Assembly (NCBI GenBank): GCA_964057225.1
Contig: OZ059900.1
Location: 3,100,001-3,164,000 of the forward strand
DNA from: Auanema rhodensis
Lineage: Eukaryota > Animalia > Nematoda
Direction of reading: 5' to 3'
DNA length: 64,000 nucleotides
The number at the start of each line of letters is the position of its first letter. Positions within the stretch are counted from its first letter, which is position 1. The translations under genes were made by a program, and so were the position numbers. Shown here one piece after another: positions 27,601 to 42,400 of this stretch. The notes beneath the pieces are model-generated. The model saw only the letters and a program-made list of their open reading frames with translations. It ran no database searches and was not told where the DNA came from.

Positions 27601-30230
27601 TATGATCAAAAGCATAGTTTTACTGTCTATGATAACAAAAGTCTTCAAATATACACTAATAATGTGTAAATCACTGAATTTCACTCAAATAGCATTACTA
27701 CACTAAGTATGGTCGTTTTTATGCCTTTAACACCATATACTCACCGATTTTTGGTACAAAATCTGTGATACTCGTAAATTTTGATCATATTCGGTGAGAT
27801 TTGAGAATCAAACACACAATACACGGAATAAGTTTATTTTTAAGAGTTTGCACTGATATTTATTCATTTTGATCAAAAAAGGTCGAAAATAGAAAGAATT
27901 TTTGAAATTTCCGAGTTTTGAGTCTAATTTGGCTAAATCGCTCATATATATGATCAAAAGCATAGTTTTATTGTCTATGACAACAAAAGTCATCAATTAA
28001 ACGCTAGTGATGTTTAAATACTGAATTTCGCTCAAATAGCATTACTACACTAAGTATGGTCGTTTTTATGCCTTTAACACCATATACTCACCGATTTTTG
28101 GTACAAAATCTGTAATACTCGTAAATTTTGATCATATTCGTTAAGATTTGAGAATCAAACATACAATACACAAAATCAGTCTATTTTTATGAGCTTGCAC
28201 TGATATATATTCATTTTGATCAAAAAAGGTCGAAAATAGAAAGAATTTTTGAAATTTACGAGTTTTGAGTCTAATTTGGCTAAATCGCTCATATATATGA
28301 TCAGAAGCATAGTTTTATTGTCTATGACAACGAAAGTCATTAATTAAACACTAATGATGTTTAAATCACTAAATTTCGCTCAAATAGCATTACTACACTA
28401 AGTATGGTCGTTTTTATGCCTTTAACACCATATACTCACCGATTTTTGGTACAAAATCTGTAATACTCGTAAATTTTGATCATATTCGGTGAGATTCGAG
28501 AATCAAACACACAATAAACAAAATCAGTCTATTTTTATGAGTTTGCACTGATATATATTCATTTTGATCAAAAAAGGTCGAAAATAGAAAGAATTTTTGA
28601 ATTTTCCGAGTTTTGAGTCCAATTGGGCTAAATCGCTCATATACATGATCAGAAGCATAGTTTTATTGTCTATGACAACAAAAGTCATCAATTAAACGCT
28701 AGTGATGTTTAAATACTGATTTTCGCTCAAATAGCATTACTACACTAAGTATGGTCGTTTTTATGCCTTTAACACCATATACTCACCGATTTTTGGTACA
28801 AAATCTGTAATACTCGTAAATTTTGATTATATTCGTTAAGATTTGAAAATCAAACACACAATAAACAAAATCAGTCTATTTTTATGAGTTTGCACTGATA
28901 TATATTCATTTTGATCAAAAAAGGTCAAAAATAGAAAGAATTTTTGAATTTTCCGAGTTTTGAGTCCAATTGGGCTAAATCGCTCATATATATGATCAAA
29001 AGCATAGTTTTACTGTCTATGATAACAAAAGTCTTCAAATATACACTAATAATGATTAAATCACTGAATTTCACTCAAATAGCATTACTACACTAAGTAT
29101 GGTCGTTTTTATGCCTTTAACACCATATACTCACCGATTTTTGGTACAAAATCTGTGATACTCGTAAATTTTGATCATATTCGGTGAGATTCGAGAATCA
29201 AACACACAATACACGAAATAAGTTTATTTTTACGAGTTTGCACTGATATTTATTCATTTTGATCAAAAAAGGTCGAAAATAGAAAGAATTTTTGAAATTT
29301 CCGAGTTTTGAGTCTAATTTGGCTAAATCGCTCATATACATGATCAGAAGCATAGTTTTATTGTCTATGACAACAAAAGTCATCAATTGAACGCTAGTGA
29401 TGTTTAAATACTGATTTTCGCTCAAATAGCATTACTACACTAAGTATGGTCGTTTTTATGCCTTTAACACCATATACTCACCGATTTTTGGTACAAAATC
29501 TGTAATACTCGTAAATTTTGATCATATTCGTTAAGATTTGAGAATCAAACATACAATACACAAAATCAGTCTATTTTTATGAGCTTGCACTGATATATAT
29601 TCATTTTGATCAAAAAAGGTCGAAAATAGAAAGAATTTTTGAAATTTACGAGTTTTGAGTCTAATTTGGCTAAATCGCTCATATATATGATCAGAAGCAT
29701 AGTTTTATTGTCTATGACAACAAAAGTCATTAGTTAAACACTAATGATGTTTAAATCACTAAATTTCGCTCAAATAGCATTACTACACTAAGTATGGTCG
29801 TTTTTATGCCTTTAACACCATATACTCACCGATTTTTGGTACAAAATCTGTAATACTTGTAAATTTTGATCATATTCGTTAAGATTCGAGAATCAAACAT
29901 ATAATACACGAAATAAGTCTATTTTTACAAGTTTGCACTGATATTTATTCATTTTGATCAAAAAAGATCGAAAATAGAAAGAATTTTTGAAATTTCCGAG
30001 TTTTGAGTCCAATTTGGCTAAATCGCTCATATATATGATCAAAAGCATAGTTTTACTGTCTATGATAACAAAAGTCTTCAAATATACACTAATAATGTGT
30101 AAATCACTGAATTTCACTCAAATAGCATTACTACACTAAGTATGGTCGTTTTTATGCCTTTAACACCATATACTCACCGATTTTTGGTACAAAATCTGTG
30201 ATACTCGTAAATTTTGATCATATTCGGTGA
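24660..30230 (+). repeat. Dispersed copy of block ~7280-13200, lacking one monomer
   Basis: Offset 17382 (7298/24680, 7646/25028, 8362/25744), then 17034 (9384/26418, 10774/27808, 12164/29198, 12859/29893). Shared rare variants TTTTAAAAGCTTG, AGCATTGCTAC, CACGGAATAAG, TTGATTATATTC. Confidence 0.85.
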
Positions 30231-30919
30231 GATTCGAGAATCAAACACACAATACACGGAATAAGTTCATTTTTAAGAGTTTGCACTGATATTTATTCAT
30301 TTTGATCAAAAAAGGTCGAAAATAGAAAGAATTTTTGAAATTTCCGAGTTTTGAGTCTAATTTGGCTAAATCGCTCATATATATGATCAAAAGCATAGTT
30401 TTATTGTCTATGACAACAAAAATCATCAATTAAACGCTAGTGATGTTTGAATACTGAATTTCGCTCAAATAGCATTACTACACTAAGTATGGTCGTTTTT
30501 ATGCCTTTAACACCATATACTCACCGATTTTTGGTACAAAATCTGTAATACTCGTAAATTTTGATCATATTCGTTAAGATTTGAGAATCAAACATACAAT
30601 ACACAAAATCAGTCTATTTTTATGAGCTTGCACTGATATATATTCATTTTGATCAAAAAAGGTCGAAAATAGAAAGAATTTTTGAAATTTACGAGTTTTG
30701 AGTCTAATTTGGCTAAATCGCTCATATATATGATCAGAAGCATAGTTTTATTGTCTATGACAACGAAAGTCATTAATTAAACACTAATGATGTTTAAATC
30801 ACTAAATTTCGCTCAAATAGCATTACTACACTAAGTATGGTCGTTTTTATGCCTTTAACACCATATACTCACCGATTTTTGGTACAAAATCTGTAATACT
30901 CGTAAATTTTGATCATATT

Positions 30920-33900
30920 CGGTGAGATTCGAGAATCAAACACACAATACACGAAATAAGTTTATTTTGACGAGTTTGCACTGATATTTATTCATTTTGA
31001 TCAAAAAAGGTCGAAAATAGAAAGAATTTTCGAATTTTCCGAGTTTTGAGTCCAATTGGGCTAAATCGCTCATATATATGATCAAAAGCATAGTTTTACT
31101 GTCTATGATAACAAAAGTCTTCAAATATACACTAATGATGTGTAAATCACTGAATTTCACTCAAATAGCTTTACTACACTAAGTATGGTCGTTTTTATGC
31201 CTTTAACACCATATACTCACCGATTTTTGGTACAAAATCTGTAATACTCGTAAATTTTGATCATATTCGTTAAGATTTGAGAATCAAACATACAATACAC
31301 AAAATCAGTCTATTTTTATGAGCTTGCACTGATATATATTCATTTTGATCAAAAAAGGTCGAAAATAGAAAGAATTTTTGAAATTTCCGAGTTTTGAGTC
31401 TAATTTGGCTAAATCGCTCATATATATGATCAAAAGCATAGTTTTACTGTCTATGATAACAAAAGTCTTCAAATATACACTAATAATGTGTAAATCACTG
31501 AATTTCATTCAAATAGCTTTACTACACTAAGTATGGTCGTTTTTATGCCTTTAACACCATATACTCAACGATTTTTGGTACAAAATCTGTAATACTCGTA
31601 AATTTTGATCATATTCGTTAAGATTTGAGAATCAAACATACAATACGCAAAATCAGTCTATTTTTATGAGCTTGCACTGATATATATTCATTTTGATCAA
31701 AAAAGGTCGAAAATAGAAAGAATTTTTGAAATTTCCGAGTTTTGAGTCTAATTTGGCTAAATCGCTCATATACATGATCAGAAGCATAGTTTTATTGTCT
31801 ATGACAACAAAATTCATCAATTAAACGCTAGTGATGTTTAAATACTGATTTTCGCTCAAATAGCATTACTACACTAAGTATGGTCGTTTTTATGCCTTTA
31901 ACACCATATACTCACCGATTTTTGGTACAAAATCTGTAATACTCGTAAATTTTGATCATATTCGTTAAGATTTGAAAATCAAACACACAATAAACAAAAT
32001 CAGTCTATTTTTATGAGTTTGCACTGATATATATTCATTTTGATCAAAAAAGGTCGAAAATAGAAAGAATTTTTGAATTTTCCGAGTTTTGAGTCCAATT
32101 GGGCTAAATCGCTCATATATATGATCAAAAGCATAGTTTTACTGTCTATGATAACAAAAGTCTTCAAATATACACTAATAATGTGTAAATCACTGAATTT
32201 CATTCAAATAGCTTTACTACACTAAGTATGGTCGTTTTTATGCCTTTAACACCATATACTCAACGATTTTTGGTACAAAATCTGTAATACTCGTAAATTT
32301 TGATCATATTCGTTAAGATTTGAGAATCAAACATACAATACGCAAAATCAGTCTATTTTTATGAGCTTGCACTGATATATATTCATTTTGATCAAAAAAG
32401 GTCGAAAATAGAAAGAATTTTTGAAATTTCCGAGTTTTGAGTCTAATTTGGCTAAATCGCTCATATACATGATCAGAAGCATAGTTTTATTGTCTATGAC
32501 AACAAAATTTATCAATTAAACGCTAGTGATGTTTAAATACTGATTTTCGCTCAAATAGCATTACTACACTAAGTATGGTCGTTTTTATGCCTTTAACACC
32601 ATATACTCACCGAGTTTTGGTACAAAATCTGTAATACTCGTAAATTTTGATCATATTCGTTAAGATTTGAAAATCAAACACACAATAAACAAAATCAGTC
32701 TATTTTTATGAGTTTGCACTGATATATATTCATTTTGATCAAAAAAGGTCGAAAATAGAAAGAATTTTTGAATTTTCCGAGTTTTGAGTCCAATTGGGCT
32801 AAATCGCTCATATATATGATCAAAAGCATAGTTTTACTGTCTATGATAACAAAAGTCTTCAAATATACACTAATAATGATTAAATCACTGAATTTCACTC
32901 AAATAGCATTACTACACTAAGTATGGTCGTTTTTATGCCTTTAACACCATATACTCACCGATTTTTGGTACAAAATCTGTGATACTCGTAAATTTTGATC
33001 ATATTCGGTGAGATTCGAGAATCAAACACACAATACACGAAATAAGTTTATTTTTACGAGTTTGCACTGATATTTATTCATTTTGATCAAAAAAGGTCGA
33101 AAATAGAAAGAATTTTTGAAATTTCCGAGTTTTGAGTCTAATTTGGCTAAATCGCTCATATACATGATCAGAAGCATAGTTTTATTGTCTATGACAACAA
33201 AAGTCATCAATTAAACGCTAGTGATGTTTAAATACTGATTTTCGCTCAAATAGCATTACTACACTAAGTATGGTCATTTTTATGCCTTTAACACCATATA
33301 CTCACCGATTTTTGGTACAAAATCTGTAATACTCGTAAATTTTGATCATATTCGTTAAGATTTGAGAATCAAACATACATTACACAAAATCAGTCTATTT
33401 TTATGAGCTTGCACTGATATATATTCATTTTGATCAAAAAAGGTCGAAAATAGAAAGAATTTTTGAAATTTACGAGTTTTGAGTCTAATTTGGCTAAATC
33501 GCTCATATATATGATCAGAAGCATAGTTTTATTGTCTATGACAACAAAAGTTATTAGTTAAACACTAATGATGTTTAAATCACTAAATTTCGCTCAAATA
33601 GCATTACTACACTAAGTATGGTCGTTTTTATGCCTTTAACACCATATACTCACCGATTTTTGGTACAAAATCTGTAATACTTGTAAATTTTGATCATATT
33701 CGTTAAGATTCGAGAATCAAACACATAATACACGAAATAAGTCTATTTTTATGAGTTTGCACTGATATTTATTCATTTTGATCAAAAAAGGTCGAAAATA
33801 GAAAGAATTTTTGAATTTTCCGAGTTTTGAGTCCAATTGGGCTAAATCGCTCATATATATGATCAAAAGCATAGTTTTACTGTCTATGATAACAAAAGTC

Positions 33901-36290
33901 TTCAAATATACACTAATAATGATTTAATCACTGAATTTCACTCAAATAGCATTACTACACTAAGTATGGTCGTTTTTATGCCTTTAACACCATATACTCA
34001 CCGATTTTTGGTACAAAATCTGTGATACTCGTAAATTTTGATCATATTCGGTGAGATTCGAGAACCAAACACACAATACACGAAATAAGTTTATTTTTAC
34101 GAGTTTGCACTGATATTTATTCATTTTGATCAAAAAAGGTCAAAAATAGAAAGAATTTTTGAAATTTCCGAGTTTTGAGTCTAATTTGGCTAAATCGCTC
34201 ATATATATGATCAAAAGCATAGTTTTACTGTCTATGATAACAAAAGTCTTCAAATATACACTAATAATGTGTAAATCACTGAATTTCACTCAAATAGCAT
34301 TACTATACTAAGTATGGTCGTTTTTATGCCTTTAACACCATATACTCACCGATTTTTGGTACAAAATCTGTAATACTCGTAAATTTTGATCATATTCGTT
34401 AAGATTTGAAAATCAAACACACAATAAACAAAATCAGTCTATTTTTATGAGTTTGCACTGATATATATTCATTTTGATCAAAAAAGGTCGAAAATAGAAA
34501 GAATTTTTGAATTTTCCGAGTTTTGAGTCCAATTGGGCTAAATCGCTCATATATATGATCAAAAGCATAGTTTTACTGTCTATGATAACAAAAGTCTTCA
34601 AATATACACTAATAATGATTAAATCACTGAATTTCACTCAAATAGCATTACTACACTAAGTATGGTCGTTTTTATGCCTTTAACACCATATACTCACCGA
34701 TTTTTGGTACAAAATCTGTGATACTCGTAAATTTTGATCATATTCGGTGAGATTCGAGAATCAAACACACAATACACGAAATAAGTTTATTTTTACGAGT
34801 TTGCACTGATATTTATTCATTTTGATCAAAAAAGGTCGAAAATAGAAAGAATTTTTGAAATTTCCGAGTTTTGAGTCTAATTTGGCTAAATCGCTCATAT
34901 ACATGATCAGAAGCATAGTTTTATTGTCTATGACAACAAAAGTCATCAATTAAACGCTAGTGATGTTTAAATACTGATTTTCGCTCAAATAGCATTACTA
35001 CACTAAGTATGGTCATTTTTATGCCTTTAACACCATATACTCACCGATTTTTGGTACAAAATCTGTAATACTCGTAAATTTTGATCATATTCGTTAAGAT
35101 TTGAGAATCAAACATACAATACACAAAATCAGTCTATTTTTATGAGCTTGCACTGATATATATTCATTTTGATCAAAAAAGGTCGAAAATAGAAAGAATT
35201 TTTGAAATTTACGAGTTTTGAGTCTAATTTGGCTAAATCGCTCATATATATGATCAGAAGCATAGTTTTATTGTCTATGACAACAAAAGTCATTAGTTAA
35301 ACACTAATGATGTTTAAATCACTAAATTTCGCTCAAATAGCATTACTACACTAAGTATGGTCGTTTTTATGCCTTTAACACCATATACTCACCGATTTTT
35401 GGTACAAAATCTGTAATACTTGTAAATTTTGATCATATTCGTTAATATTCGAGAATCAAACACATAATACACGAAATAAGTCTATTTTTATGAGTTTGCA
35501 CTGATATTTATTCATTTTGATCAAAAAAGGTCGAAAATAGAAAGAATTTTTGAATTTTCCGAGTTTTGAGTCCAATTGGGCTAAATCGCTCATATATATG
35601 ATCAAAAGCATAGTTTTACTGTCTATGATAACAAAAGTCTTCAAATATACACTAATAATGATTTAATCACTGAATTTCACTCAAATAGCATTACTACACT
35701 AAGTATGGTCGTTTTTATGCCTTTAACACCATATACTCACCGATTTTTGGTACAAAATCTGTGATACTCGTAAATTTTGATCATATTCGGTGAGATTCGA
35801 GAACCAAACACACAATACACGAAATAAGTTTATTTTTACGAGTTTGCACTGATATTTATTCATTTTGATCAAAAAAGGTCAAAAATAGAAAGAATTTTTG
35901 AAATTTCCGAGTTTTGAGTCTAATTTGGCTAAATCGCTCATATATATGATCAAAAGCATAGTTTTACTGTCTATGATAACAAAAGTCTTCAAATATACAC
36001 TAATAATGTGTAAATCACTGAATTTCACTCAAATAGCATTACTATACTAAGTATGGTCGTTTTTATGCCTTTAACACCATATACTCACCGATTTTTGGTA
36101 CAAAATCTGTGATACTCGTAAATTTTGATCATATTCGGTGAGATTCGAGAATCAAACACACAATACACAAAATAAGTTTATTTTTACGAGTTTGCACTGA
36201 TATTTATTCATTTTGATCAAAAAAGGTCGAAAATAGAAAGAATTTTTGAAATTTCCGAGTTTTGAGTCTAATTTGGCTAAATCGCTCATA
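30920..36290 (+). repeat. Dispersed copy of block ~18060-23430 (offset 12862 bp, 37 monomers)
   Basis: Ten ORF pairs from 18074/30936 to 23290/36152 share a constant offset of 12862. Confidence 0.85.
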
Positions 36291-36479
36291 TATATGATCA
36301 GAAGCATAGTTTTATTGTCTATGACAACGAAAGTCATTAATTAAACACTAATGATGTTTAAATCACTAAATTTCGCTCAAATAGCATTACTACACTAAGT
36401 ATGGTCGTTTTTATGCCTTTAACACCATATACTCACCGATTTTTGGTACAAAATCTGTAATACTCGTAAATTTTGATCA

Positions 36480-39400
36480 TATTCGTTAAGATTTGAGAAT
36501 CAAACATACAATACACAAAATCAGTCTATTTTTATGAGCTTGCACTGATATATATTCATTTTGATCAAAAAAGGTCGAAAATAGAAAGAATTTTTGAAAT
36601 TTACGAGTTTTGAGTCTAATTTGGCTAAATCGCTCATATATATGATCAGAAGCATAGTTTTATTGTCTATGACAACAAAAGTCATTAGTTAAACACTAAT
36701 GATGTTTAAATCACTAAATTTCGCTCAAATAGCATTACTACACTAAGTATGGTCGTTTTTATGCCTTTAACACCATATACTCACCGATTTTTGGTACAAA
36801 ATCTGTAATACTTGTAAATTTTGATCATATTCGTTAAGATTCGAGAATCAAACACATAATACACGAAATAAGTCTATTTTTATGAGTTTGCACTGATATT
36901 TATTCATTTTGATCAAAAAAGGTCGAAAATAGAAAGAATTTTTGAATTTTCCGAGTTTTGAGTCCAATTGGGCTAAATCGCTCATATATATGATCAAAAG
37001 CATAGTTTTACTGTGTATGATAACAAAAGTCTTCAAATATACACTAATAATGATTTAATCACTGAATTTCACTCAAATAGCATTACTACACTAAGTATGG
37101 TCGTTTTTATGCCTTTAACACCATATACTCACCGATTTTTGGTACAAAATCTGTGATACTCGTAAATTTTGATCATATTCGGTGAGATTCGAGAATCAAA
37201 CACACAATACACGAAATAAGTTTATTTTTACGAGTTTGCACTGATATTTATTCATTTTGATCAAAAAAGGTCAAAAATAGAAAAAATTTTTGAAATTTCC
37301 GAGTTTTGAGTCTAATTTGGCTAAATCGCTCATATATATGATCAAAAGCATAGTTTTACTGTCTATGATAACAAAAGTCTTCAAATAAACACTAATTCAG
37401 TGTAAATCACTGAATTTCACTCAAATAGCAATACTACACTAAGTATGGTCGTTTTTATGCCTTTAACACCATATACTCACCGATTTTTGGTACAAAATCT
37501 GTAATACTTGTAAATTTTGATCATATTCGTTAAGATTCGAGAATCAAACACATAATACACGAAATAAGTCTATTTTTATGAGTTTGCACTGATATTTATT
37601 CATTTTGATCAAAAAAGGTCGAAAATAGAAAGAATTTTTGAATTTTCCGAGTTTTGAGTCCAATTGGGCTAAATCGCTCATATATATGATCAAAAGCATA
37701 GTTTTACTGTCTATGATAACAAAAGTCTTCAAATATACACTAATAATGATTAAATCACTGAATTTCACTCAAATAGCATTACTACACTAAGTATGGTCGT
37801 TTTTATGCCTTTAACACCATATACTCACCGATTTTTGGTACAAAATCTGTGATACTCGTAAATTTTGATCATATTCGGTGAGATTCGAGAATCAAACACA
37901 CAATACACGAAATAAGTTTATTTTTACGAGTTTGCACTGATATTTATTCATTTTGATCAAAAAAGGTCGAAAATAGAAAGAATTTTTGAAATTTCCGAGT
38001 TTTGAGTCTAATTTGGCTAAATCGCTCATATACATGATCAGAAGCATAGTTTTATTGTCTATGACAACAAAAGTCATCAATTAAACGCTAGTGATGTTTA
38101 AATACTGATTTTCGCTCAAATAGCATTACTACACTAAGTATGGTCATTTTTATGCCTTTAACACCATATACTCACCGATTTTTGGTACAAAATCTGTAAT
38201 ACTCGTAAATTTTGATCATATTCGTTAAGATTTGAGAATCAAACATACAATACACAAAATCAGTCTATTTTTATGAGCTTGCACTGATATATATTCATTT
38301 TGATCAAAAAAGGTCGAAAATAGAAAGAATTTTTGAATTTTCCGAGTTTTGAGTCCAATTGGGCTAAATCGCTCATATATATGATCAAAAGCATAGTTTT
38401 ACTGTCTATGATAACAAAAGTCTTCAAATATACACTAATAATGATTTAATCACTGAATTTCACTCAAATAGCATTACTACACTAAGTATGGTCGTTTTTA
38501 TGCCTTTAACACCATATACTCACCGATTTTTGGTACAAAATCTGTGATACTCGTAAATTTTGATCATATTCGGTGAGATTCGAGAATCAAACACACAATA
38601 CACGAAATAAGTTTATTTTTACGAGTTTGCACTGATATTTATTCATTTTGATCAAAAAAGGTCAAAAATAGAAAGAATTTTTGAAATTTCCGAGTTTTGA
38701 GTCTAATTTGGCTAAATCGCTCATATATATGATCAAAAGCATAGTTTTATTGTCTATGACAACAAAAGTCATCAATTAAACGCTAGTGATGTTTAAATAC
38801 TGATTTTCGCTCAAATAGCATTACTACACTAAGTATGGTCATTTTTATGCCTTTAACACCATATACTCACCGATTTTTGGTACAAAATCTGTGATACTCG
38901 TAAATTTTGATCATATTCGTTAAGATTTGAGAATCAAACATACAATACACAAAATCAGTCTATTTTTATGAGCTTGCACTGATATATATTCATTTTGATC
39001 AAAAAAGGTCGAAAATAGAAAGAATTTTTGAAATTTACGAGTTTTGAGTCTAATTTGGCTAAATCGCTCATATATATGATCAGAAGCATAGTTTTATTGT
39101 CTATGACAACAAAAGTCATTAGTTAAACACTAATGATGTTTAAATCACTAAATTTCGCTCAAATAGCATTACTACACTAAGTATGGTCGTTTTTATGCCT
39201 TTAACACCATATACTCACCGATTTTTGGTACAAAATCTGTAATACTTGTAAATTTTGATCATATTCGTTAATATTCGAGAATCAAACACATAATACACGA
39301 AATAAGTCTATTTTTATGAGTTTGCACTGATATTTATTCATTTTGATCAAAAAAGGTCGAAAATAGAAAGAATTTTTGAATTTTCCGAGTTTTGAGTCCA

Positions 39401-42400
39401 ATTGGGCTAAATCGCTCATATATATGATCAAAAGCATAGTTTTACTGTCTATGATAACAAAAGTCTTCAAATATACACTAATAATGATTTAATCACTGAA
39501 TTTCACTCAAATAGCATTACTACACTAAGTATGGTCGTTTTTATGCCTTTAACACCATATACTCACCGATTTTTGGTACAAAATCTGTGATACTCGTAAA
39601 TTTTGATCATATTCGGTGAGATTCGAGAACCAAACACACAATACACGAAATAAGTTTATTTTTACGAGTTTGCACTGATATTTATTCATTTTGATCAAAA
39701 AAGGTCAAAAATAGAAAGAATTTTTGAAATTTCCGAGTTTTGAGTCTAATTTGGCTAAATCGCTCATATATATGATCAAAAGCATAGTTTTACTGTCTAT
39801 GATAACAAAAGTCTTCAAATATACACTAATAATGTGTAAATCACTGAATTTCACTCAAATAGCATTACTATACTAAGTATGGTCGTTTTTATGCCTTTAA
39901 CACCATATACTCACCGATTTTTGGTACAAAATCTGTGATACTCGTAAATTTTGATCATATTCGGTGAGATTCGAGAATCAAACACACAATACACAAAATA
40001 AGTTTATTTTTACGAGTTTGCACTGATATTTATTCATTTTGATCAAAAAAGGTCGAAAATAGAAAGAATTTTTGAAATTTCCGAGTTTTGAGTCTAATTT
40101 GGCTAAATCGCTCATATATATGATCAAAAGCATAGTTTTATTGTCTATGACAACAAAAATCATCAATTAAACGCTAGTGATGTTTAAATACTGAATTTCG
40201 CTCAAATAGCATTACTACACTAAGTATGGTCGTTTTTATGCCTTTAACACCATATACTCACCGGTTTTTGGTACAAAATCTGTAATACTCGTAATTTTGA
40301 TCATATTCGTTAAGATTTGAGAATCAAACATACAATACACAAAATCAGTCTATTTTTATGAGCTTGCACTGATATATATTCATTTTGATCAAAAAAGGTC
40401 GAAAATAGAAAGAATTTTTGAAATTTACGAGTTTTGAGTCTAATTTGGCTAAATCGCTCATATATATGATCAGAAGCATAGTTTTATTGTCTATGACAAC
40501 GAAAGTCATTAATTAAACACTAATGATGTTTAAATCACTAAATTTCGCTCAAATAGCATTACTACACTAAGTATGGTCGTTTTTATGCCTTTAACACCAT
40601 ATACTCACCGATTTTTGGTACAAAATCTGTAATACTCGTAAATTTTGATCATATTCGTTAAGATTTGAGAATCAAACATACAATACACAAAATCAGTCTA
40701 TTTTTATGAGCTTGCACTGATATATATTCATTTTGATCAAAAAAGGTCGAAAATAGAAAGAATTTTTGAAATTTACGAGTTTTGAGTCTAATTTGGCTAA
40801 ATCGCTCATATATATGATCAGAAGCATAGTTTTATTGTCTATGACAACAAAAGTCATTAGTTAAACACTAATGATGTTTAAATCACTAAATTTCGCTCAA
40901 ATAGCATTACTACACTAAGTATGGTCGTTTTTATGCCTTTAACACCATATACTCACCGATTTTTGGTACAAAATCTGTAATACTTGTAAATTTTGATCAT
41001 ATTCGTTAAGATTCGAGAATCAAACACATAATACACGAAATAAGTCTATTTTTATGAGTTTGCACTGATATTTATTCATTTTGATCAAAAAAGGTCGAAA
41101 ATAGAAAGAATTTTTGAATTTTCCGAGTTTTGAGTCCAATTGGGCTAAATCGCTCATATATATGATCAAAAGCATAGTTTTACTGTGTATGATAACAAAA
41201 GTCTTCAAATATACACTAATAATGATTTAATCACTGAATTTCACTCAAATAGCATTACTACACTAAGTATGGTCGTTTTTATGCCTTTAACACCATATAC
41301 TCACCGATTTTTGGTACAAAATCTGTGATACTCGTAAATTTTGATCATATTCGGTGAGATTCGAGAATCAAACACACAATACACGAAATAAGTTTATTTT
41401 TACGAGTTTGCACTGATATTTATTCATTTTGATCAAAAAAGGTCAAAAATAGAAAAAATTTTTGAAATTTCCGAGTTTTGAGTCTAATTTGGCTAAATCG
41501 CTCATATATATGATCAAAAGCATAGTTTTACTGTCTATGATAACAAAAGTCTTCAAATAAACACTAATTCAGTGTAAATCACTGAATTTCACTCAAATAG
41601 CAATACTACACTAAGTATGGTCGTTTTTATGCCTTTAACACCATATACTCACCGATTTTTGGTACAAAATCTGTAATACTTGTAAATTTTGATCATATTC
41701 GTTAAGATTCGAGAATCAAACACATAATACACGAAATAAGTCTATTTTTATGAGTTTGCACTGATATTTATTCATTTTGATCAAAAAAGGTCGAAAATAG
41801 AAAGAATTTTTGAATTTTCCGAGTTTTGAGTCCAATTGGGCTAAATCGCTCATATATATGATCAAAAGCATAGTTTTACTGTCTATGATAACAAAAGTCT
41901 TCAAATATACACTAATAATGATTAAATCACTGAATTTCACTCAAATAGCATTACTACACTAAGTATGGTCGTTTTTATGCCTTTAACACCATATACTCAC
42001 CGATTTTTGGTACAAAATCTGTGATACTCGTAAATTTTGATCATATTCGGTGAGATTCGAGAATCAAACACACAATACACGAAATAAGTTTATTTTTACG
42101 AGTTTGCACTGATATTTATTCATTTTGATCAAAAAAGGTCGAAAATAGAAAGAATTTTTGAAATTTCCGAGTTTTGAGTCTAATTTGGCTAAATCGCTCA
42201 TATACATGATCAGAAGCATAGTTTTATTGTCTATGACAACAAAAGTCATCAATTAAACGCTAGTGATGTTTAAATACTGATTTTCGCTCAAATAGCATTA
42301 CTACACTAAGTATGGTCATTTTTATGCCTTTAACACCATATACTCACCGATTTTTGGTACAAAATCTGTAATACTCGTAAATTTTGATCATATTCGTTAA

